This document shows, piece by piece, positions 35,632-47,472 of a DNA stretch of 64,000 nt. Both the position numbers and the translations under genes were made by a program. The notes under the pieces were generated by a model. That model worked only from the letters and a program-made list of their open reading frames with translations. It searched no databases and was not told where the DNA came from. The stretch covers positions 186,001 to 250,000 of the forward strand of contig QPMI01000535.1 in NCBI GenBank assembly GCA_004431415.1, read 5' to 3'. This DNA is from Cyanophora paradoxa CCMP329 (Eukaryota > Plantae > Glaucophyta). Position 1 is the first letter of the stretch, and every line of letters begins with the position of its first letter.

Positions 35632-38600
35632 ATGGGAGGCGGTCGGAGTCGGCACAGGCCGCCGCCGCCGCCGGTGCGTTCCTTGCCATCGCCGCCCGCG
35701 CCCGATCGCTCGGCCGACCGCACGGCAGCCCCCGAGACCACCGCCACCACCTCCTCCTCGGCCGCCTCCTCCGCCGCCGGTGCGAGCAATGGGCCGGCTG
35801 CGGCCCTGTTGACGCTGACCCGAACGGCGCTCAGCCCAAGCCCGCCATCCCGCCGCCTCCCGCGAAGGTCGTGGACCCGCATTCGGGAGTGCGTAGGCCG
35901 GAGCGAGCGCCTTGTGGCGTTCACGCCGCCGACGCGCCGCCGACGCTCCCGTAGATACAAATACAGCTCAACGCGACGAGCGAGGCGGGGCCGCCCGGCA
36001 GGGAAGTCTACTCTGCGGGCCCCATCTTGTGCGTAGCGCGGGCGTCTTGAGCTCGGCGCTGCCCAGCGGTCCAGCGCCCCCATCGAGGCCGTCCGGCTCG
36101 GCAGCCGGAGCCGGCCGCTGACGCGCCTCGCTCGCGCGCAGCTACAGCCAGAAGCAGACGATCGACCTCATCAAGTCGCTCATCGGCATGGACGCCACCC
36201 CCGCAACCAAAGGCGCGCCCCGCCCGCGCCCGCTGCAGCAGCTCCTGCTGCACCCGCACTCGCTCGCTCACGCTGGCCCGCCGCGCAGTCGTGCCGCCGC
36301 GGTCGGCGAAGGGCACGCGGCTGAACGTGCCGCGCATTATCAACCGGTGAGGCCGCTCGAAGCTGCCTCGAAGCTCGGAGGGCCGCCCGGCTCGGATCAA
36401 ATTCGAATCCGACTCCTCGGCAGGTACGCGAAGCACCTGTGCGACGGAAAGGAGCGGTTCTCGACGAAGAAGGCGGTCCTCTCCCACGGCGACAAGTGCG
36501 AGGTGCGCGCATAGCTGCGCCGAAAGCACCCGGGCGCACCCGCCAGCTGAGCCACCCCTCACTTTCGGCGCAGCTGTACGGGCACGACCTGGCGCAGTCG
36601 AAGGACTACGGCATCGAGGTCCGCGCCGCGCCCTCGCGCTGCGCCTGTCCCCGCCCCGCGCCCTCTCGGCCCGACCGGCCCCGGCGCCGACCCGGGTCCC
36701 GCTCAGATCGACGAGTTCAAGTTCGGCCCCGTCAAGCGCGACACCGGTGCCCGCCCCGCCCCGCCCCGCCCCGCCCGCCCCGCCCGCCCCGGCGGCTAAC
36801 TTCTTGTCCCTCGGCGCGCCCCGCCGCAGACACGAAGCCGTCGGTCACGGTCGTCGCCGGTCCGCCCCGCCCCCCGCCGCCCCCCCCCTCCCCCGCTCAC
36901 CTGAGCTCGCCTCCGGGCAGATTCGGACAACGACGGGCCCTCGTGGCAGAAGGAGATGATCCAGCGCACCGTCCAGGTACCCCCCTCCCGCCCACCCCGC
37001 CCCCCGCCTGCCCCCAGACCCCAGGGAGTCGGGAGTCGGGGCGCCCCCCCCCCCGCCCCCTCCCTTCCCCTTCCCCGGCCGGTCTCTCGCTGACCGGGAG
37101 GCCGCCGGCGCAGACCAAGGACGTCGAGCGCTTCGGCACCAAGATGTCGTGCGCCCCGGACCCCCCCTCGAAGGGAGGACGATGGGTGCTGAGCCGCACC
37201 CGTCCCGCCCGCCCGCCCGCCCGCCCGCGCAGGATCGAGACGGGGAACGAGACGAACGTGATGGTCGGCGCGTGCCTCAGGTGCGCCCGGGGACCCTTCT
37301 CTTAGCTTTTCTGGCCGGGGCCGCCGCCGCCGCCCGCGCCGCGCCCGTCGCCCCAGCCTCCCTCCCGCCCTTGCGCGCGCCCCGCGAGCCGACGACGGCC
37401 CCGCAGCGTCACGAGCGTCAGCGCGTGCGCGCGCGGAGGCGCCGGCTTCTCCATCTCGGTCGGCCCGCCTGCGCCCCGCGCGAGTCGACGTCGCCCGGGG
37501 ATCCTCCTCTGAGCAAGCGCGACGGGGTGCAGGGCAAGGGCGGCAACGAGAAGATGCAGACGAAGGAGAAGGCCCGTCCCCTCTTCACGCGCGCCGCCCA
37601 AACTTCCCGAGCTGATTCGCCCCCTCTCCCCAGATCTCCTCGATCAAGCTGTTCAAGGAGATCACGATACCCCCCTACACCCACGCCGGTCCGCCGGGCC
37701 CCCGCGGGCAACGCGCGTGGCGAGCAGAGAGCGCCTCACGGCTCGCCCTGTACCCCCCAGACGTGATATGGACGGTGTTCGACCGGGAGGTGGACCTCAC
37801 GTGGGACGCCAAGGCCGTCTTCAAGGGGTACGCCTCCTCTTTTCCTCTCCGCCGCCGCCGCCATTTTAAGCCCTTCGTTCGCCGTTCGATCCGTCCCAGG
37901 AACTTCAACATATTCATGTGGAACAGCCCCAAGGAGAAGGCGGACATCAACTCGTGCGCCGAAAATCGGATTCTTCGTGCCGATTACAAGCGCTGCGGCC
38001 CCGCTGACGGCGCGTGCTCAGGTGCGCCCAGACTCTGAAGGCGTACTTCAGCCAGAAGCTCCTCTACGGCGGCGAGGACGACGACCAGGTACCCCCCTCC
38101 CCCTCCCCCTCACCCCCCCTCCCCTCCTCGGCCCCTAACCGCCCCTTCCCCCACTCCCTCCCGCCTCCCTCCCTCCCTCGGGGCAGCGCCTGGAGTCGCG
38201 CGTGCCGGGCTACCTGAAGAAGTGCGGCCTCAAGGTCATCTCGGTACCCGTCTGCGAGGTCCTGGTGCGATGTCTCTCTCTTTCTCTCTCCCTCTCTATC
38301 TTTCTCCCGCGCTGACGCCGGCCGGCCGGCCGGGGGCAGCGGTGGGACGGGAAGATCCCGGCGGAGCAGTCGGCGAAGGACTTCTCCTCGTGCTGGTACC
38401 GCCTCGCGGGGAGCTACGAGGCGCAGAAGGCCGTCGACTGGAAGAGCGACGTCAAGGTGCGCGGGGGCCGAGGAGGGGCGGGGGGAAGGGTTCGAACCTC
38501 GCAAGAAGAGGATCCGGAGGCTAGACTCCAGTTGTTCAGCGAAGAGATCTCGAGGGTCCAGAAGGGGCCGCTGCGCCGGGGGCCGCCCCTCCGAGCCCGC

Positions 38601-39803
38601 CGCGGCGCCTGACCTCGACGCGCCCCGCCCCGCCCCGCAGATGTCGCCGCTGAACACCTTCCTCAAGGGCGGCAAGCTCGCCGTCTGGGAGTCCGCCTAC
38701 GCCACCGGCGCCAGGCCGGCCGTGCGCCGCGCCCCGGCCGACGCGAGAGCGCCTTCGCTTCGCCTCCGCTGAGGCGCTCGGGCCGCGCAGACGTACAAGG
38801 CGGACGAGCGGGGCCTCAAGGACCTGGTGCCTCCGCTCGTTCGATTGGATTTGTCGCAGATTTAGACTTTCCTATCCTTCTAGAAGTTCCTTTATGCTCC
38901 TTTCCTCATCCTTTACCAGGCGTCCCTTTGGACAGCTTTTTCTCTGTCGCAGATCTAGACTTTCGCAGATCTAGACTTTCCCATTATCCTTCTAGAAGTT
39001 CTTTTAGAAGCGCTCTTCTAGACCGCGCGGCCGCGCCCCGCGCCGCTGACCTCTCGCCGCTCGCTCGCGCGCGCCCGCAGCGGCTGGCGGCGTGGGGGAA
39101 GCCGAACAAGGCCAAGGCGCCCTCGGGGCCGCGGCCGGCAAAGAAGAAGAAGCCCGTCCTCCGCCTCGACCACGTGCGCCCCAAGTCACATTGCCGCGCC
39201 TCTCTATCTCTTCATCTCTTTAGAGGGGGGATCTCTTTGCCTTCTAAGGGCTCGTCCCCCGCCTCGACCGTGTGCCGCGTTGTGCCGCGCCGCGGCGCAG
39301 AGAACCTGATAGAAAGAAACGTCGATTTAGAGGCGAGCCCGTCTGATCGCCGGCCGCGCAGCAGCAGCAGCAGGGGGAGGAGGGGGACGAGGAGGACGGG
39401 CCGGCCCCGAGCGCGGCGCCCGGCGACGACGTCGCCGACGCCGACGCCGGCGGCCAGGCATCCGCGGTGCGCGCGCCCCCGAGATTCCAGCGCTCCTCCC
39501 CTTATCTTTCCCAACCTGGAGCTCGCGCCTGCGCAGGAGGACGCCCTGCTAGCGATAACAGGCGAGGCCGAGATCGACGTCGAGGGGGCGGAAGCCGGCG
39601 TCGTGCCCTACCGGTTCGAGGACTGGGACGGGTTCGAGGCCGGGGCGGCGGGCGCGGCGGCGGCGGATCCGGAGGCGTGGGGCGGCCCCATCGCCGCCGG
39701 CGAGGCGGAGGGGGCGGAGGTCGAGGGCGCCCACGGGTACCCCTCCTCGGGGCTCCTCCTGGCGGCGCCCGAGCTCCACGGCTCGCCCGCGGCGCTCGCG
39801 TAG
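35632..39803 (+). CDS. Aerolysin/ETX-MTX2-like beta-pore-forming protein, paralog C
   Basis: MGGGRSRHRPPPPP; YSQKQTIDLIKSLI; YAKHLC..KCELYGHDL; DSDNDGPSWQKEMIQRTVQ; KEITIPPYTHADVIWTVFDREVDLTWDAKAVFKG; KCGLKVISVPVCEVLV; KDFSSCWYRLAGSYEA; acidic last exon ending at 39803. Confidence 0.65.
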
Positions 39804-40176
39804 TGTACAGTGTGCATGGGCATGTGCATGTGCAATATAAATCAGATTAAGATTCGATATGCAATGTCTGCTTTATAGCTAGCTGCCGGCTTGCCTTATC
39901 GAATTTCGGCTCGCCCGGACTGTTGCGCTCTAATTATATAAAAAGCCCGGAGCGCCAGCAGAAATCCTTGCTCTAGCTAGATCGAAATCTGCGGCGATGG
40001 TCGGTGTTTCAAGAAATCTAGAATGAGCTCGCTGTACCCGGGCGACGCGCGTCACGGTCCCGAGTCTCTGCCCAGCCCGATCAGCCGATCGGCTTGTCCA
40101 GGCCTTGAAACTCGCGGCCGCTGTCTCCGATCCTGCGCACGCCCGGCCCCGATCCCCGGTCTGAATTCGAAGAGAC

Positions 40177-42475
40177 ATGCCAGCGGGGCACAATCCAGCA
40201 GCCTTCGCCTGCCCTCTCCTCGTCTCGATCGACATCAGCCGTGCAAATGGATTAATATTCGGCGGCGGCCACACGCGCGCCTGTGCCCCGGGCGTCGTCG
40301 CCGCCCGCGGCTGCGGTGCGCGCGCGCCGCGCGCGCGGTTGCGATCGTCGGCCGCGGCTAAATTTTCGACAGCCGCCTGGTCGTCCTCAGGGGCCGTCGG
40401 GGCGTCGAGGTCGAGGTGCCCATCGTTCCTGGGGCTGCCGCTCGGCTTCCAGTTGGGGCCGAGCACAGCTTTGAGCCGCCGCGGCCGCGGCCGGCCGCGG
40501 CGCCGGCCGGCGCGCTTAAGCTTCGGGGCGGGCGCCCTGGCCCTGGGGCGCCCGCGGGCGTCTGTGGAGGAGGATTGGGAGCGCCTGAAGGAGCTCTACG
40601 ACTTCAAGGAGCCCGCCGGCGGCCGAGGCCGCAGCCGCGGCTCGCGCTCGGGCCAGCCGCCGCCGTCGGCGGCGCAGGCCAGCGCCAGCTCCAAGTACAG
40701 CCCGCGGGACATGCAGTGAGCTATCAGAGCTCTCATCAACCGAAATTCAAACGCTTGCTGATAATGCTTTATGCAGGGAGCTGGCGAACCGGGACTACAC
40801 GCTGATCGTGGACAAGAGCGCCTCGATGGCTTCTCCCGTCGCCCCGAACTCCTCCCGCTCCCGCTGGGAGGTTCGCACCCGCCCCTAGGCTTAAGCCTCC
40901 TTTTCCGAGCCGGGCCGCGGCCGGCGCTTGGACCTCCCCTCCCCTTCCCCCTCTCCCTTCTTCCCTAGGTCTCTCCCCCTCCCCTCCCCTCCAGATCCCA
41001 TTCCTCCCCTTCCCTCCTCCCCCCCCGCTCCCCTCTCCCCTCTTCCGTCTCCCGGAGTCCCCCTCCGCATCCTTCTCGCCCCGCCCCCCCTCCGCCCCCT
41101 TCTCCCCTCTCTCCCCTCTTCCCTCCTCCTCCCCTCCTTCTAGGCTCTGATCCGGCTCTGATCTTCGAAGCCCCTCGAAGCGGCCCTGGCCTAGGCCTCC
41201 GACTCCCCGGCTCTTGAGCTTCTTGAGCTCGCCTCCCCCCTCTCCCCTCCTCCCTCCCCTCCGGGGATCCTCCTAAACTCCTCCCCCGCGTTCCGACCCG
41301 GCCGGCCTTCCTGCCTCCCGGCGCCCCTCCGGCGCCCGGAGTCCCCGGTTCTTAAGCTTCGAAGCCCCCCCGCGCCCTTTAGAATTTGCTGAGGCGGGCA
41401 GGGCCCGGGACCGTGTCCACGTACCCCAGGCGATGCGGGAGGGGGCGCTGGCGCTGGCGCAGGAGGCCGCCCGCTTCGACCCCGACGGCCTCACCCTCTA
41501 CCTCTTCTCAGGCGCCCGGGCCCCCTTCGATTTAATTATAAAGCGCAAGATTTAATTTGATCTTCGGCTGTCCCCTGATCATGAGCTCCGAGGCGCAGGG
41601 AAGTTCCAGCGCTTCGACAATGTCACCCCCGCCGTGCGTTAACGTTCAAGTGATGACGCCGGCCCGGCGTCATGATCATGATGCCGGGGTCGGGCGGGCG
41701 GGCGGGGCGGGCAGCGGGTGGAGGGGATCTTCGAGGAAGCCTCGCCGAGCGGCTCGACGGGCCTCGCCGCCGTCCTCGCCCACGCCGCCGACGACTACTT
41801 CGCCCGCCGCGACGTCCGCCCCGCCCCGGGCCCCTCCCGACGGAAGATCTGGAGCTCCGAGGAGAGATCTAGAGGCTCGAATAGAACAAAGGAGCCTGAA
41901 GCTTAAGCGAAGGGATTTCCTCTCAGAAGCCCAGTGGACTCGAGCCTACCTCTAGATCTAGCCTAGAGCGAGTGGACTCGTGATCGCTGGTTTGCTGATT
42001 CATGCCCCGGGCCCGCGGCGGCAGCGGGGGGCGGCGAAGGCGAACGGGGAGCTGCTGATCGTGGTGACGGACGGGGAGCCCGACTCGAAGGAGGACGTCT
42101 ACCGCGCCATCGTCGCCAGCGCGCCCCGCCCCGCCCTTATAATCAACGTTCTGAAGTTATAAATTACGAGCGGACGGTCTAACGCCGCTGGCATGCGCAG
42201 TCGCGAACCGGTGCCGGCGGGCGCAGGAGCTGCGGATCACCTTCATCCAAGTGGGCTCCGACCGCCGCGCCCGCGCCTTCCTCAAGGTGCCACAGCCACA
42301 GACGCGTCGAATTCCGAAGTTTGAGGCTTCGATCCTATATTTCGACTTCGATCAGGAGCTGGACGACGAGATGGAGGGGCGGGGCGCGATGTTCGACATT
42401 GTGGACACGAAGGACCCGGACGAGGCGGAGGGGCTCCCCCTCCGCCAGCTCCTTCTCGAGGCCCTCTTCGACTGA
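40177..42475 (+). CDS. von Willebrand factor A (vWA) domain protein, cyanobacterial type, with putative plastid transit peptide
   Basis: Spliced mature part ELANRDYTLIVDKSASM (MIDAS DxSxS)...SRWE..AARFDPDGLTLYLFSGKFQRFDNVT..PSGSTGLAAVL..NGELLIVVTDGEPD..ITFIQVGSD..FLKELDDEM..FDIVDT..EALFD*. The N-terminal extension is Ala/Arg/Ser-rich and starts MPAGHNPAAFACP. Confidence 0.85.
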
Positions 42476-43978
42476 TCATGAGGCTAGGGGCCCAGGCCTA
42501 GGGCTGGGCCGCGGCCGGCGCGGCGTCGCTGCCCGGGACGGGGCATGCGCAGTTGACCGAGAATATAGATGAAATTAAAATGCAAATTAAATGCAAGCGA
42601 CTGCAAGCCGCTACTGCTCATGAGCTCCTCCGGATCCACGAGGCCTAGGCCCTTTTCGACTGGTGCTGAGCTCGAGCTCGAGCCCGAGCTCGAGGCCGAG
42701 TTCGAGGCGCCCGGCCGACCCGGCCGAGGCCGCCCGGCCCGCAGGGGAGCGTCGGACGCGGCCGACCCGGCCGGCGTCACTGAGTCAGGGCAGTTCATCC
42801 GATGATCGTGAACGAGAAGCTTGAAGGCCACCTAGGTCTTCGCCTCGCCCCCGCCCCCTGCTCGTCTCAGGATGTGCAAGGTGGGGTCCAACTTGAATCA
42901 AACAAGTTAACGTTAACTTAAAGTTATCTGCAGGCTTCAGCTGGCGCTCGCTCGGCGTAGGCCTGGGCCGCCAGACTCCATTCGCTTGCAGCAGCAAAAT
43001 CGGAATAGAACAAAAAGCCCCTGCGCGCTGCGCCGCCGCCCGCCGTGCCTCCGCCCCGCCCACCGAACCGCGCCGCCGCGCGCCCGCCGCGCCTCCTCCC
43101 CGCCCAGCGAGCTCGAGCCACGCCGCCGCCCGCCGCGCCTGTGCCCCGCCCAGCGAGCCGCGCCACTGCCCGGCGCTCCTCCTCCACGCCCAGCGAGCCG
43201 CACAGCTGCAGCCGGCCGCCGCGCCTCCGTCCCGCCCGGCGCGCCTCCGCCCCGCCCGCGCCGCCACGCCTAGGGCCTCCGCCCGCGCGCCTGGCGCCCG
43301 GCGCGCCTCCACGCGTACGCGCGAGCCGGTCGCCGCGCAGCCGCGGCCGCCCCCGCGCCTCGAGCTCCGATCCGCCCCGCCCGGAGATCTGCATGTACAT
43401 GTGCCGCCGCCCGCCGCGCCTGCGCCCTGCCCCGCAAGCCGCGCCGCGCGCCCGCCGCATGCGCACCGGTACCGGTACCCGCGCCGGGGCCCGCGGCCGC
43501 CGCGCGTCTGTCCACCGCGCGCGGTCGCGCTTGCGATTGCATAGCGCGAATATATATGCATGTGCCGGCCACGCGTACGTGCACCGTACCGCTCCTGCAG
43601 CTGCCTCATGATCACTGCCTCCCGCGGGCTCGGTCCGTACGTATACGCGTGCCACGGTGCCGCAGATGGAAGCCGCGCGCGCGCTAGCGCTCCGCGACTA
43701 GTACGTATACTGTGCGCCCGCGACTAGCTATAGCATGCCGCGGGTGTTGCCGCGGGCTAGCTAGCGATGGGTTCGGAGTCTTGCCGCGGGCCGCGCCGCG
43801 CGCTGCGCCATGCAGCGGAGCTCCGGATCCGAATTTCGAACAGTGCGGCACTCCTTGTTGGGTACATCGGTACGAAATCCGGGGTCCAGGGGTACCTTCT
43901 GCAAAGTTTCGATCCTCCAGCGGGAATCATCGCCTGGCCGTGCAACTTTGTTGTACAACGTGCTTGTACATTGACAGC

Positions 43979-46096
43979 ATGGTCGTCGGCGGGCGTACTT
44001 TATACATTGGCTTCGAGCCGCGGCGAGCCCCAAAGCGTTCGCGCGCCGCGGCGGGGCTCCGGGAGCTCAGCGACTCGGACGACGATGTCCGCCCTTCGCC
44101 GGCTTTTCCAGCGACGGCGGCGACAGCGACGGCCGCGGAGGCGGCGAATGGAGTCAATCACTTCGCGCGGCTGCCCGACGAGCTGGTGCTTCGTATTTTC
44201 AGCGAGCTCGAGGGGTCCGAGGCACACGAGACGAATCGGCTTTGGGCCGTCGATCGGCGGTTTCGACGGCTCGCGCGCGGCGTTGAGTGGCAGGAGCTGC
44301 AGCTCGAGCCGCAGCCGTGCAAGCAGCCATGCTCGAGCCAAGTCAACGAGCAGGAACGCTTGCTGGAGTACGGAGAGCGGCTGCGCCAGATTGCAGCTTG
44401 CGTTCGCAGCGGGGCGCTTGTGGGCTGCCGGCGGCTCTTCGTTAGCCCAGCGTGCAGCTACAGCCGCTTGCCGGATACACTGGAGAGCGTGACTGTGAAT
44501 CGCACCGTCATGGTCGCTTTGTTAGGTGCGCCCTGCTACCCTGCACGGTGTTTTCGCGTGGACTGATGCAACGCTTTGCATGGCTCTCCCTTCGCAGAAT
44601 TGCTGAAGGCGCTGGCGACGGCGCCACTGCCGCTGGAGCAGCTATGCCTTACAGGCAGCTGGGAGGGGTGGCCGAGCGAGACGGTCCAGCGTCGGCGCGG
44701 CATCACCGAACCGTTCACTCTGGAAGACGTGGCTCGAGCGATTCTGGCAGCCATGAACGCCTCCCGTCTTCGCTCTCTGGAGCTGCACGACTGGCACGGC
44801 TCGCTTCAGAAGGCCTTCATAGCAGCCGCAGGCCCGCATTTCTTCCCGCATCTCCGTGGGCTCAAGACCCGCATGGGTAGTATTCAAGGTCTCAAGGCCG
44901 AAGATACGGTGCGCTTTCTCCGAGCAGATCTGCTGGCTTCGAGTGCGTAGATCTGACTATCGCGATCGCCCGCACCGCAGTGGAAGCTCGCGCGGAAGTG
45001 GCGCGGCCTGCAGCAGCTCTCCTGCCGGCTGGTCGACGGGCGGGCCCTCCAGGAGCTCTCCGCGCTCCCGCTCGACGATCTGCGCGTCCGCATCGAGTCG
45101 AACAGCGGCCTGGAGAGCGCTCTTGGGGCGATCAGGCCGGACTGCGTGCGGGAGATTCACCTTGCGTCTGCGGGCGGGCCGGTCGCCCCCGGGATCCTCG
45201 CTGCCATCTCCCGCTGCCGCAATCTCGAGAGCCTCACGGCGCCGGTCCGCCAGCCCCATGCGCCCTTGCTCCTAGGACCCCGGCGCCGCCCTGACCACAT
45301 GTACCCCCCAGGTCGACCAGTTTTCGGGGGGTACCGACTTCTTCCGTGAACTTGGCGCCTTGAAGAAGCTCCGCCGGCTGTCTCTCGGCATTTTCCTTCG
45401 CAGTCGCGCTCCGCCGTCATTTGAGGTGAAGGCCCCCCCACCCCACCCCCCCCCCCCTCCCCGCCCCTCCGCTGACGCCGACGGGACGGCAGGTGGTCGA
45501 CGCGCCGAACGGGGGCGCGGGGCTGTTGGAGGCCGCGGCGGCGTGCGTGGCGACCGCGCCGGCCCTCAGATCGGTCTCGCTGAAGATCGACGGCGGGTCG
45601 GAGGACGAGGGCGAGGAGGGCGGGGACGCGGCCATGGAGCCCGCGGCGGTGGCAGCCCTCCTCCGCGCCTCGGCTGCGACCGCGGGGGGCCTTGAGGACC
45701 TCGAGATCCGCGGCCTGCCCGCCTCGCGGGAGGTCCTGCGGGTCCGCTGGCTGGCCGCGGCCGCCCCCCCTCCCGCCCCCTCGCGCCGCTGACGGGGCTT
45801 CGCGGCCGCAGGAGATCGCGCGGGCCGGCCCGAAGCTCCGGGCGCTGCACCTCCGCCACAGCGCCGCGGACGGCGGCGGCCTCGAGCAGCTGCAGGCCTT
45901 CGCGGAGCTGCGCGGCATGGCCCTCCGGGAGAACTCCCGCAGCATCGTCCTCCCCTCCCTCAAAGTCTTCGTACCCGAGGAGCTGCGGGTGCCGGCGATG
46001 CAGCTCTTCCGCAGCTGGTTCGGGCGGGACTTCCCAATATCTGTCCTCGTCAACCACTACGACATTTATCGGTCCTCCTCGTTTGCATACGAGTAG
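43979..46096 (+). CDS. F-box protein with LRR-like C-terminal region
   Basis: F-box motif HFARLPDELVLRIFSEL...WAVDRRFRRLARG, followed by LxxLxL repeats (LEQLCL, LRSLEL, LESLT, LRSVSL, LEDLEI, LRALHL) across several introns; stop at 46096. Confidence 0.8.
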
Positions 46097-46428
46097 TGTT
46101 AAAACATTTGTTTGAGTGCTCTCTGTAGAAAATGATCATGTCATGATGATAGTCGGCTGCCGCGGCCCGCTCCCTGTTTCCGTCTCTTCGAATGGCAGAT
46201 TAATCAGTTAGCTTTTCGAGGACTCCGTTCCGTTGGCCGCGGCTTAGTTTGCCGAAGAGCATTAACATTGTTTTTATGAGAACAAATGAATGAATAAATG
46301 AAATTCGCCGTACGCGTCACGAATCACGATCGACCGAGCGTGGGGAGGCGGCGGGCTACCTACGTACCTAGCTAAAAGGACAGGCTAATTATAACTGCAT
46401 CTAGACTCTCATAAAGGTCGACGTCTTA

Positions 46429-47472
46429 TCACTGGAAGGACTCGAGGTCGCGGAGGGGCGGTCGCCCCTGCGCCGCCCGCTTCGCGTTTATGTGCGCGAG
46501 GCTGAGCCGCCGCGCGCAGTCGACCTCCGCCTGGTCCCCGTTGATCGCGAACCCTGCCCCGAGGCGCCCGGCCGTCGCGCCCCGTCAGTCGCGGCGCGAG
46601 CGCGCGCGGTGGAGGGGACGGATCCACTAGATCGTCGGATCTGGAGAGGCGTTCGGGGACGCACCGATCGTTCCGAAGGCTGCGAGGGAGGCCGGCGAGT
46701 CAGACGCGGTGCGCTGCGGCTCCCGAAAGGCGGCATACGCATACCCATGACTCCGAAAACCTTGAGGGACGTGGGGAGGCGGGCGATATTGGGCGCTGCG
46801 GCCGCGGGCCAGCGGGATGTGTCATAGGGCGCGCGCGGTGCGTGGAGGGCGTCAGAGCGGATGCGCTCACACATAAAGTTGCAGAAGCCGACGAGGAGGG
46901 CTCCCGACGAGGCCCAGGTCCCGAACCCGAGGCCGGCGCCCTCGAGGACCTGCCGGCGGCCGCGGCCGCGGAGTGCACGTGGTACCGGTGAGCCGGCGGG
47001 TCGGCGGCGAGTGGCGTTCAATCAAAAGATAACTCTCTCCTCAACATGAGGCAGTGTTAGCTATAGCTAGGCAAAGATAGGGCGCGCAGATTTGGGAAGA
47101 TAAAGCTTCTAAAACCTGGGCGCGGCTGGGGCCGCGGCCCGGGCTTAGCGCCCGGCCACGCTGACGTGCAAGCAGGCATGGAGTTATAAAGGGACGTCCA
47201 GAAGGGGCGCGTCGACGCCGCGCGCTGCCATCCCCGGCCCGGGCTCTAAGCGGTGCACGCGTGCCCACTCGCCGCGGCGCCGGGGCGCAGGCCAGCGCCT
47301 CTGCAGTCGTGCCCTCAACCGAAGGCGCGCTCCCGCGCACCTGGCTCTGGCACTGCTCCCACCGACGCCCGCGGTACACCTGCCCGTGCAGCTCGTCGTC
47401 ATCGGGCTCGTGAACTGCTGCGCTCGTACTGGGCTGCGCCGCGGCGGGCGTGCTGGGGCTGGCGGAGGTCAT
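46429..47472 (-). CDS. Small two-TM protein resembling ENOD93 / N-terminal half of Rcf2 (mitochondrial complex IV-associated family)
   Basis: Five exons splice to MTSASP...RRWEQCQSQ|VLEGAGLGFGTWASSGALLVGFCNF|.PNIARLPTSLKVFGVM|AFGTI|GFAINGDQAEVDCARRLSLAHINAKRAAQGRPPLRDLESFQ*. It does not appear as one ORF in the track. Confidence 0.55.

Noticed and set aside
47041-47117. Alternative terminal exon VLEALSSQICAPY... inside intron 1 of the ENOD93-like gene
   Set aside because: It would truncate both TM helices, and the AT-rich, palindrome-rich sequence looks intronic.
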